Assembly: GCA_013377005.1 (NCBI GenBank)
Contig: JACABE010000003.1
Coordinates: 5,036-69,035, forward strand
DNA from: Bacteroidota bacterium
GTDB taxonomy: Bacteria; Bacteroidota; Bacteroidia; Bacteroidales; JACABE01
Direction of reading: 5' to 3'
Length of the DNA: 64,000 nt
Shown: positions 40,482 through 49,043 of the stretch, in pieces
Numbering within the stretch: position 1 is the stretch's first letter
Layout of the letters: each line of letters starts with the position of its first letter
Notes under the pieces: generated by a model
The model's database searches: none
The model's input: only the letters and a program-made list of their open reading frames with translations
What the model was told of the DNA's origin: nothing
Made by a program: the position numbers and the translations under genes

Positions 40482-40644
40482 GAAATTTTTTTATGAGTTA
40501 TAAAGTTTATAAAGGCTCTAAAGCAAAAAGAAGTTGCTATGTTTTGTCGAAAATATAATTTTGAGTTGTTTTCTGTTTTTTCATTAATTTTGCTTTCTTC
40601 AAATTGATAAATATTAACAACAATAATCAATATTGAGGCTTTTT

Positions 40645-41325
40645 ATGGAAAAGTTTTTTCAAAATCAAACGGTGATTTTTTATACTCTACTCGCTTCGAG
40701 TTTAGTAGTTACACGTTTGCCTTTTATTGGAAAGTTTTTTCGTGTAGTAAATACGCTGATACACGAAAGTGGTCATGCTATTATGGCATTGTTTTTAAGT
40801 GGGAAAGTACATCGAATTGACTTGTTAAGCGATACTTCGGGGAGTGTACTTACCGCTACAAAAAATGGTTTTAGCAGGTTCTTAGTTTCTTTGGCAGGCT
40901 ATCCTTCGTCGGCTTTATTTGCTTATTTGTGCTTTTATTTTATCGAACAAAAGGCAGATAATTATGTTGTGTATATATTAATCGGAATTTCGGCTTTAAA
41001 TTTAATATTCTATGTGAGAAATGCATACGGAATATTTTGGTTGATAAGTTTTATTGCCATTGCGGTTTTGGTAATTTATGCCAACGATGCAATGCTGATG
41101 TATGCATTTTCGTTATTGTGTTCTTTTATCGTATTAACGGATGCTGTGATTTCGGGAATTAATTTATTGGTAATAGCTATTAAAACACCTAAAACTGCCG
41201 GAGATGCAAAAAACCTGAATGAAGCAACCCATTTACCTGTTGTTTTTTGGGCTTTGATATTGTTGGGGTTTTCTGTTTTTTTTGCGTATAAAACAATTTG
41301 GGTGTTTTTCCCAAAATTATTTTAA
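40645..41325 (+). CDS. M50B-like integral membrane metallopeptidase
   Basis: HESGHAIMA zinc motif in the first TM region, followed by multiple TM segments. The start is moved from TTG 40633 to ATG 40645. Confidence 0.6.
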   Translation: MEKFFQNQTVIFYTLLASSLVVTRLPFIGKFFRVVNTLIHESGHAIMALFLSGKVHRIDLLSDTSGSVLTATKNGFSRFLVSLAGYPSSALFAYLCFYFIEQKADNYVVYILIGISALNLIFYVRNAYGIFWLISFIAIAVLVIYANDAMLMYAFSLLCSFIVLTDAVISGINLLVIAIKTPKTAGDAKNLNEATHLPVVFWALILLGFSVFFAYKTIWVFFPKLF

Positions 41326-41328
41326 ATC

Positions 41329-41505
41329 ATGATTCAAGAAATAATTACATATACCATCCTTTTAGCAACGGCCTTGTTTGTCGCTTATAAAATATACGAA
41401 ACTTTTGCGAAACAGAAATCAGGTTGTGATGGGTGTTCTTCAAGTTGTAATAGTTGTGCTTTGCAAGACTTGAAACAAGAGATTAAAAAGAACAAAGGTG
41501 TTTAA
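41329..41505 (+). CDS. small Cys-rich membrane protein (FeoB-associated Cys-rich type)
   Basis: Not in the ORF track (58 aa). Hand translation: MIQEIITYTILLATALFVAYKIYETFAKQKSGCDGCSSSCNSCALQDLKQEIKKNKGV. One TM helix then a CxxCxxxCxxC cluster. It starts 3 nt after the preceding stop. Confidence 0.55.
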   Translation: MIQEIITYTILLATALFVAYKIYETFAKQKSGCDGCSSSCNSCALQDLKQEIKKNKGV

Positions 41506-41525
41506 TTTTCTGTCTAAACACCTTT
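41494..41525. terminator. hairpin terminator between convergent genes
   Basis: Perfect 11-bp stem AAAGGTGTTTA / TAAACACCTTT with a 10-nt loop, overlapping the stop of the small Cys-rich ORF. Confidence 0.5.
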
Positions 41526-41576
41526 ACTTTAAAAAGCTAACCTTTTAGTTCCTTTGTAATAAAACGCTTAAAATTT

Positions 41577-42593
41577 TTATTTTTTGTCTAATCTATTCAA
41601 TCCTTCAATGGCCTTTTGATAATTGGTACGTATTTTCATAGCCATTTTATAGTCACTTTTGGCTTTGTCTGTTTCTTTCATCAATTCATAGGTATATCCT
41701 CTGTTATAGTAAGCTTCAGCGTAATCTTTGTCAACAGCAATAGCTTCTGTAAAACTCTTGATTGCTTCGTTATATGCCTGCTTATATTCTAAATAAACAT
41801 ACCCGACATTATAATAAGCTTGTTTGTATTTTGGATCAATAGCAATAATGTTTTTGTAAGCTTTTATTGCTGCATCCGGATTTCCGTTTTCCTGTTGAAA
41901 CATTCCCAAAGCATAGTATGCTTCAGTGCTTTTCGGTTTTAAATTTAATGCACTATTAAAATAATCTACAGCAGCTTTATTTTTTCTGTTTGAAAACATC
42001 AATCCTAATTGCATGTAAGCATCATAATATTCAGGTTCTATTTCAATGGTTTTAAGAAAACTTTTTATAGCTTTGGTTGAATCTCCGGTTTCCTTGTATG
42101 CAAATCCTTTAATAAAAAAAGCTTTTGGGGTCAGCTTTTGAATTTCTAATGCTTTATCTGCATTTTTATGTGTTTCTTCATATTTTTTAAGAAATAAATT
42201 CAATTCAGCAAGTTTTAAATAAGTATCAACACTTTGTGGCGAAATTGATAGTGCTTTCATTAAGGCATCCTGAGATTTATTTATCTGATTCATGGCCAAA
42301 TAAATATCAGAAAGTGTTAAATAATAATCAATGTTTTTCTCATCCATCTGTAATGCTTTACTAATGTCACCTAAGGCTTCATTAACTTTATTCTCAGTTA
42401 AATAAAGTTTGGCTCTTGAATTATAAAGCGATGCATTGTTGGCATCTTTGCTGATCTTTTCAGTTAAAACAGCAATTTGATTTACAGGTGTATTATTGTT
42501 ATTTTCTTTTTTATTATTTTTTGAACTGCAATTAACGATGAGCAAAGCAATTAAAATTAAAAGAATAGATTTTTTAAAGCTGAATGATATCAT
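41577..42593 (-). CDS. TPR-repeat lipoprotein
   Basis: Start moved to MISFSFKKSILLILIALLIVNCSS (lipobox). About 8 TPR-like 34-aa repeats (AYYNRGYTYE, AYYALGMFQQ and others). Confidence 0.7.
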   Translation of the reverse strand: MISFSFKKSILLILIALLIVNCSSKNNKKENNNNTPVNQIAVLTEKISKDANNASLYNSRAKLYLTENKVNEALGDISKALQMDEKNIDYYLTLSDIYLAMNQINKSQDALMKALSISPQSVDTYLKLAELNLFLKKYEETHKNADKALEIQKLTPKAFFIKGFAYKETGDSTKAIKSFLKTIEIEPEYYDAYMQLGLMFSNRKNKAAVDYFNSALNLKPKSTEAYYALGMFQQENGNPDAAIKAYKNIIAIDPKYKQAYYNVGYVYLEYKQAYNEAIKSFTEAIAVDKDYAEAYYNRGYTYELMKETDKAKSDYKMAMKIRTNYQKAIEGLNRLDKK

Positions 42594-42899
42594 TTTGATT
42601 GTTTTTTTGAAAGTGCAAATTTCGTAAAAATAATAACATAAAGAAGATATGAAATGCCTATGTTTTTTAAAAATCAACTGATAATACATTTATCGCAAGA
42701 ATATAGTTGGTAAAATTCAGTTAAAAGCTATTCATATTGAATGTATTAAGGATATTAAATCTGTAATCGGAATAATATAATACTTCCTGAATAAGATTTT
42801 TAAATGTTTACTATTAAATCTCCATCATTTAACGTCCTTGTTCGAACGCTACTTAAAAATCCCCTAATTTTATTACTTTTGCCGTTCAAAAATAAAAGC

Positions 42900-44534
42900 A
42901 TGATTTCAGTTGACGGACTAACAGTAGAATTCGGTAATACCACACTTTTTAAAGATGTATCCTTTGCAATCAATGAAAAAGACCGCATTGCCCTTATGGG
43001 TAAAAACGGAGCCGGAAAATCTACTTTACTTAAAATTCTGGCAGGAGTTAAAACTGCCACCAGAGGCAATATTTCTACGCCCAGAGATGCTGTTATTTCC
43101 TATTTACCGCAGCATTTACTAACTGAAGATAATCGTACCGTCTTTGAAGAAGCTGCTCAGGCATTTGCTCAGATTAATGATATGGAAAGCCGGATTGAAG
43201 CACTTAATCTTGAACTTTCTACCCGTACCGATTACGAATCGGAAAGTTATTATGCCATCATCGAGGAAGTGTCGGCTTTAAGTGAAAAGTTTTATAGCAT
43301 TGAAGAAATAAATTACGATGCTGAAATAGAAAAAATATTATTGGGATTAGGTTTTTTACGTGAAGATTTCAATCGCCCTACCAATGAATTCAGTGGTGGA
43401 TGGCGCATGCGTATCGAACTTGCCAAAATCCTTCTGCAAAAGCCCGATTTAATTCTGCTGGATGAACCTACCAACCACATGGACATTGAATCTGTGCAAT
43501 GGCTGGAAGATTTTCTTATCAACAATGCCAAGGCTGTGATAGTAATTTCTCACGATAGAGCTTTTATCGACAATATTACTACCCGTACCATAGAAGTTAC
43601 CATGGGTAGAATATACGATTACAAGGTAAATTACTCTCAATATCTCCAATTGCGAAGAGAAAGACGCGAACAGCAGCAGAAACATTTCAACGAGCAGCAA
43701 AAGTTTATTGCCGAAAACGAAGATTTTATTGAACGCTTTAAAGGAACTTATTCCAAAACCAATCAGGTACAATCCAGGGTAAAAATGCTGGAAAAATTGA
43801 CGATAGTTGAAATAGATGAAGAAGACAATTCGGCTTTACGACTTAAATTTCCTCCATCACCCCGTTCCGGCAACTATCCTTTGATAATAGAAGGCTTGAC
43901 AAAGAAATATGACGAGCATGTAGTGTTTAAAAACGCTTATCTAACCCTTGAAAGAGAACAACGTGTGGCTTTTGTCGGCAAAAATGGCGAAGGAAAATCT
44001 ACCTTGGTAAAAGCTATTATGGGCGAAATTGACTTTGAGGGCAAAGTAAGTTTAGGACATAATGCTATGATTGGCTATTTTGCACAAAATCAGGCATCGT
44101 TGCTGGACGAATCTAAAACTGTTTTTCAAACTATTGATGATGTGGCAGTAGGGGATATCCGCAATAAAATCAGGGATATGCTGGGGGCATTTATGTTTGG
44201 TGGCGATGATATCAATAAAAAAGTAAAAGTGCTTTCAGGAGGAGAACGTACCCGCCTGGCATTGATAAAATTGCTGCTCGAGCCTGTCAATTTACTGATA
44301 CTGGATGAACCTACCAATCATTTGGATATGAAAACAAAAGAAATCCTGAAAGATGCCCTCAGGGATTTTGATGGCACTTTGGTTTTAGTGTCTCACGACC
44401 GTGATTTTCTGGATGGTTTGGTAGAAAAAGTGTATGAATTTGGAAATAAAACCATCAAAGAGCATCTAGGCGATATTCAAAGCTTTCTGACGAAAAAGAA
44501 AATGGATAACCTGAAAGAAATTGAAAGAAAATAA
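42900..44534 (+). CDS. ABC-F family ATPase (two ABC domains, no TM domain)
   Basis: Walker A GKNGAGKST and GKNGEGKST, signatures FSGGWRMR and LSGGERTR, and an inter-domain charged linker. The start is moved to MISVDGLTVEF (ATG 42900). Confidence 0.88.
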   Translation: MISVDGLTVEFGNTTLFKDVSFAINEKDRIALMGKNGAGKSTLLKILAGVKTATRGNISTPRDAVISYLPQHLLTEDNRTVFEEAAQAFAQINDMESRIEALNLELSTRTDYESESYYAIIEEVSALSEKFYSIEEINYDAEIEKILLGLGFLREDFNRPTNEFSGGWRMRIELAKILLQKPDLILLDEPTNHMDIESVQWLEDFLINNAKAVIVISHDRAFIDNITTRTIEVTMGRIYDYKVNYSQYLQLRRERREQQQKHFNEQQKFIAENEDFIERFKGTYSKTNQVQSRVKMLEKLTIVEIDEEDNSALRLKFPPSPRSGNYPLIIEGLTKKYDEHVVFKNAYLTLEREQRVAFVGKNGEGKSTLVKAIMGEIDFEGKVSLGHNAMIGYFAQNQASLLDESKTVFQTIDDVAVGDIRNKIRDMLGAFMFGGDDINKKVKVLSGGERTRLALIKLLLEPVNLLILDEPTNHLDMKTKEILKDALRDFDGTLVLVSHDRDFLDGLVEKVYEFGNKTIKEHLGDIQSFLTKKKMDNLKEIERK

Positions 44535-44571
44535 GACGAGAAAATAAACAATCTCTTAGGTTAAATAAAAT

Positions 44572-47439
44572 TTATTTGTGAAACTGTTTCCCTCCGAAAC
44601 CGGAAAAGTTTATCCCCAATAATATTTCATGAAAGCTTGTTTGATCATCATGCATATAGGTAAAACGATAGCCCACACTGATAGGAGCTAAAAATCTCAA
44701 CACATGCATTTCGCTGTTGATTTCGGCACCAAAAGATTGCACTTTTGTAGATGTGTTGAGGTAATCTGCAATGGCTTTCCCATAAAATAAATTCATATCC
44801 AGTCGTTTCAGATATACCAGCGAACCTAAGCTAAAATCGGGGTATAGCAATGGATAATAATAACTGATAGATGCAGAGTACAATTGCTCGTTGTTTAACG
44901 TAACGCTACCCAAGGGATAATTAATGATATCTGCATATGCATAATTATTGCTTCCGATATTGCGGTTTTGTGCGCCTCCATACAATTTAAAACCATGATG
45001 CTTTATAACAGAAGGAAAATACAAATACGCTTCAATACTGCCTATATTTCCAAAGTCGCGGATTCCAAAGGGCGAATGCCGAAAGTTTAATTCCAGTGTT
45101 TGTCCCCATTTGGGATACAAATCTTTTGCACTTGTTTTCAAAACATGGTAGCCGTATATTCTGTAGTCGATAGTGTTTATTATCCCTTTTGTAAAGATAT
45201 CAGGAGTAGTAGCATCATGTGAGATATCAGTAAGTGTAGTATTAACCGATGGTTGTAACCTCGTATAATACTTTCCTGTTGCCAATTGCAAGGGTATTTT
45301 CAATCCCAGTTTAAGATTCGTTTCTCCAAAAGTAAATGGATGACGACTGTGATCTTGCTTTATTAATGTTCCTTTTCGCTGTCGGTAATCAATGCTTGCA
45401 TCTATTATAGGGAAAAGCCCTTTGTAAGTATAATCTAAATAATACTTTCCTGTTTTTTCGGCTGAAAGATACTCATAACCGGCGGTTAAAAAAGAAGTGC
45501 TGAGTAAGTTGTGCGACATAATTGAAACACCCGGTGCCGCCGATTGATTGTTAGCATCAATAGATAGGGGAGCCCAACTATGAAAGTTAAACAAATGACT
45601 TAGTTTCCGATAGTTTTTTACTTCATATTGTTTTACATCTGTAGCGTGGAAATCAATAACAGCTTTTTCTTGCCTTGCCAATTCGTTGGCTAAATTAAAA
45701 CGCATAGTGTCTTTCATTTCCAGTGGTTTCCATAACTCAGCTTGTAAAGCTATGCTCACAATATCGTAACCATCGGCGGTATAATTTGCATAAGCCAAAC
45801 GGTTTCCATCGTAGGAAACACAAGGATCGGTAGCACCATAGGTTGAAGATGTAATGCTATATATCTTCATCGAAACCGTATCCATAGCATAAATATTATC
45901 TACACCTCCATAAGTGTCGTTGTAAATAACATAATCCTTAAAATAGGCAGCACCACTTATTTCGCAGTGTGTAAAAGCATTTTTAAAATGTATTTTCCCA
46001 TTATCCTGATGATATTCGGCAAATGCGGTTCCATCTATTAATGTAGCTATCATAATAATACGCTGGTCATCATCGCTCCAACTGGGAGTAGATAGAAAAG
46101 CATTTTGAGGAGAAGCCGCTTTGTTCAATAATTTTCCGGTGTTGGCATCCAATATTACCAGGTAATAATTATTGCTTAAATCCACTTCAACCGCAGCTAT
46201 TTTAGTAGCATCATGCGAAATACAAGGTGCAAAATACCTGGTTTTATGTGTTAACGATTTGTATTGCTTTGTGGCAATATTATATGTTTTTATTTCTGCA
46301 TAACTTTGATGATCCCAGCGCAAACCCGGAACTTCTTCTGCCCAAGCTATCACATCCATCGAAAAAGACAAGGTTTGCTGGAAATCATTTCCCTGTGTAA
46401 ACACTCTGGATTCTTTTCCAAGCTTATCAATCTTTACAAATTGCGGAATATCGTCCATTCCATATTTCAATGCAATAAATTCGCTGTCGTTTATATAATT
46501 GGGGAATCGGTAATTTGTATAGTTTTTATTTTTCCGGATGGTATGGGTTTGAAAATTATTGCTTACTTTATGATGAATTTCATTTGACCAAACACTATCG
46601 AAAAAAGACAGCGATTCTTTATAAATCCCGTTAGTAGTTTTGCCGCTTGCTTTTTTCAGTCCTTGTGCAAAAGGCACAACCATATATGGATTTCTGGCAA
46701 CATTTTTCAATGTTTTATCCCAAACATCCGCACCATATTTATATCTTGAATAACCTACCAAATGATAACCCAATGTATATGGATCAGGCGTATAATCTTT
46801 ATAAGAACCAAAAATAGCTTTGTTATAATTGTATTTTCCTTTTTCGATAAGTTGGGCTTTTAAATCCTGATTAAAACCAGGCAAACGTCCTCTTCCTGAA
46901 TTCGACAATGCTGTTTCCATTACCACAGCATCGCCTTCCAGAAACCAACGGGGTAAATATACACCAGCCACAGAACCTGTAGCAATTTCTCCGAAAGGAA
47001 TACGCAATACATTCGTGATTCCTCTGTACATCTGACTAACTTGTACAGCATGTCTGTATTCGTGAATTGCCAATTGTTCCAACCATGGTTGAGCATACAT
47101 ATCCTGTGGCGGACAAGTAAACCATTCGCTACGTTTGGGCGACCATGTAACAAAACCATTGGATACAACCGTTTGATTGTGCAATACAATGGGAAGTTTT
47201 ACAGGTTTTCGACTTAATGAAATCGTATTGTAATCGTAAGCAAATTCCAAGTAATTAGCAATGTAATTTGCTTGTACTGTAAAATCGTTAGGGAATATTA
47301 ATTGAAAATGAGGTGTATTAATTTGCTGCCATTTAACACTTGCGGGATCTTGCCCTGCATCGTAAAACTGAGCATTGATAGTGCAGCTAAATAAGAAGAA
47401 GATAAAAAAGGAAATGAATTTATGATGAATTTTAATCAT
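44572..47439 (-). CDS. large secreted protein: N-terminal HExxH region, central TolB-like beta-propeller repeats, C-terminal beta-barrel-like region
   Basis: Signal peptide, LAIHEYRHAVQ, PD40-like repeats (SHDATKIAAVE, SWSDDDQRIIM, SYDGNRLAYAN), and a Y/F-rich C-terminus. 955 aa. Confidence 0.5.
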   Translation of the reverse strand: MIKIHHKFISFFIFFLFSCTINAQFYDAGQDPASVKWQQINTPHFQLIFPNDFTVQANYIANYLEFAYDYNTISLSRKPVKLPIVLHNQTVVSNGFVTWSPKRSEWFTCPPQDMYAQPWLEQLAIHEYRHAVQVSQMYRGITNVLRIPFGEIATGSVAGVYLPRWFLEGDAVVMETALSNSGRGRLPGFNQDLKAQLIEKGKYNYNKAIFGSYKDYTPDPYTLGYHLVGYSRYKYGADVWDKTLKNVARNPYMVVPFAQGLKKASGKTTNGIYKESLSFFDSVWSNEIHHKVSNNFQTHTIRKNKNYTNYRFPNYINDSEFIALKYGMDDIPQFVKIDKLGKESRVFTQGNDFQQTLSFSMDVIAWAEEVPGLRWDHQSYAEIKTYNIATKQYKSLTHKTRYFAPCISHDATKIAAVEVDLSNNYYLVILDANTGKLLNKAASPQNAFLSTPSWSDDDQRIIMIATLIDGTAFAEYHQDNGKIHFKNAFTHCEISGAAYFKDYVIYNDTYGGVDNIYAMDTVSMKIYSITSSTYGATDPCVSYDGNRLAYANYTADGYDIVSIALQAELWKPLEMKDTMRFNLANELARQEKAVIDFHATDVKQYEVKNYRKLSHLFNFHSWAPLSIDANNQSAAPGVSIMSHNLLSTSFLTAGYEYLSAEKTGKYYLDYTYKGLFPIIDASIDYRQRKGTLIKQDHSRHPFTFGETNLKLGLKIPLQLATGKYYTRLQPSVNTTLTDISHDATTPDIFTKGIINTIDYRIYGYHVLKTSAKDLYPKWGQTLELNFRHSPFGIRDFGNIGSIEAYLYFPSVIKHHGFKLYGGAQNRNIGSNNYAYADIINYPLGSVTLNNEQLYSASISYYYPLLYPDFSLGSLVYLKRLDMNLFYGKAIADYLNTSTKVQSFGAEINSEMHVLRFLAPISVGYRFTYMHDDQTSFHEILLGINFSGFGGKQFHK

Positions 47440-47456
47440 ACTTATTATGTAAGTTG

Positions 47457-48182
47457 CTAAATTCCGGAAGCCAATACATCAATGATATGAATACATTTAA
47501 TAGGCAGGTTTTGCTTTTTAATAAATGCATCCTGGTGCATCAAACATGAAGCATCGGTAGAAACTATGTATTCAGCACCAGTTTCCAAAGCATTCAGCAC
47601 CTTTTGTTCGGCCATGGCAGTGGAAATAGATTCGTGTTTTATAGAAAAAGTACCACCAAAACCACAACAAACATCGGTATCTTTCATTTCGATAAGCTGT
47701 AAGCCTTTTACTTGCTGTAAAAGTAAACGAGGTTCGTCTTTAATTCCATATTCTCTCAATGCAGCACAAGAATCGTGATAAGTAACCTTATGATTGAATG
47801 TAGCTCCAATATTGGTAATTCTTAATACATTGACTATGAAATCAGAAAATTCAAATATATTCTTCTGCAATCTTCTGAACTCTAAATGATAGGCTGTATT
47901 ATGGAATAATTTTCCATAATAGTTTTTAATAAAACCAATACAAGAAGCAGAACCTCCAACAATATAACGATCGTTAGGGAAATCAGTCAGAAATTTTTCG
48001 CCCATAGCACGTGCTTCATCCCAAAAGCCACTGTTAAAAGCCATTTGTCCGCAACAAGTTTGATTAGGATTATAGTGTATTTCCTGTCCGAGCTTTTCAA
48101 GAATTTTAATCATATTAAATGCTGTTTCAGGGTAAATCTGATCAACAAAGCAGGGAACAAAAATATCTATTTGGTTATTCAT
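47457..48182 (-). CDS. LutA-like (Fe-S) oxidoreductase with two CCG cysteine-rich domains
   Basis: IDIFVPCFVDQ start, CCG motifs QTCCGQMAFNSG and DVCCGFGGTFS. The start is moved to MNNQIDIF (ATG 48180-48182). Confidence 0.75.
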   Translation of the reverse strand: MNNQIDIFVPCFVDQIYPETAFNMIKILEKLGQEIHYNPNQTCCGQMAFNSGFWDEARAMGEKFLTDFPNDRYIVGGSASCIGFIKNYYGKLFHNTAYHLEFRRLQKNIFEFSDFIVNVLRITNIGATFNHKVTYHDSCAALREYGIKDEPRLLLQQVKGLQLIEMKDTDVCCGFGGTFSIKHESISTAMAEQKVLNALETGAEYIVSTDASCLMHQDAFIKKQNLPIKCIHIIDVLASGI

Positions 48183-48289
48183 AAGTGTATTGTAATATGT
48201 GATAATAAGCAAACAAAGGTAAAGAAAAATAGTTGATTAAAAAGAAGATTTGTGCATTTGTTTTGCTCGCATGTTAAAATTGTGAATGA

Positions 48290-49030
48290 TTAAAACAAAT
48301 ATCCTACCGAGCAATTCACACCCCATAAATAATGACCCCAGAGGCGATTTCCTATCCTGTTTCTAAGGTATTTGTCATAATCGTTTTCAAACTTTGTTTC
48401 ATTGGTTACATCGCCTGAGAATATCACACCTAACTGGAAGTTAAAATCAATGCTCAAACAATTAAAAAATATTTGTTTTACGCCTGATTTCATATTTAAA
48501 CCAAAGTGTGTGGTTGTAAATTGGGTATTTGAGTATCTTGGAAAAGAAGAACCGTAATCATTATATGTTTGAAAAGCATTGTTGAGAATAGCAGTATCTA
48601 CATCCACAGTACTAATAATAACATCAAAACCAAAAGAACCATATACTCCTAAAGGGGCAATATGCGAAGATTTATAAATAATAAAATCAGCACCAAAATC
48701 TTTACATGACATTTTCAACAAAGGATCAGCATTGTCATCTGAATATCCATAAGTTCCGCTAAGTGTTTTGTATAATGTTTCAAAAGTAGTTGCACGTAAT
48801 TGTATTGATTTGTTTCGGGTAATAACGCGTTCAAATTCTATTGAATATCGGTCGTTAAAACTAAAATAACCTGATTCTCCATTTTTGTTAGGCATTACAA
48901 AAGAACTTTTCAAAAAAAGACCCAGTTTGAGAATATTCTTTTTTCCCATAAAGCCCGATACTTGCGATTGGCTTATATTACTTACTAATAAAAGGGAAAG
49001 TATAGAAATTAGAATAAATATTTTTTTCAT
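48290..49030 (-). CDS. hypothetical outer-membrane beta-barrel protein
   Basis: Signal peptide, alternating strand pattern, C-terminal ..SVGYLF. Confidence 0.45.
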   Translation of the reverse strand: MKKIFILISILSLLLVSNISQSQVSGFMGKKNILKLGLFLKSSFVMPNKNGESGYFSFNDRYSIEFERVITRNKSIQLRATTFETLYKTLSGTYGYSDDNADPLLKMSCKDFGADFIIYKSSHIAPLGVYGSFGFDVIISTVDVDTAILNNAFQTYNDYGSSFPRYSNTQFTTTHFGLNMKSGVKQIFFNCLSIDFNFQLGVIFSGDVTNETKFENDYDKYLRNRIGNRLWGHYLWGVNCSVGYLF

Positions 49031-49043
49031 ATATCAGGTTTTT

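Noticed and set aside
40442-40630. 62-aa minus-strand ORF just upstream of hutH
   Set aside because: It covers the hutH promoter motif and AT-rich intergenic DNA, has a low-complexity sequence and shows no family resemblance.
42800-43069. 89-aa minus-strand ORF and the 32-aa N-terminal extension of the ABC-F ORF from 42804
   Set aside because: The minus ORF is antisense to the ABC-F Walker A region. The ABC-F domain starts cleanly at MISVDGLTVEF (42900).
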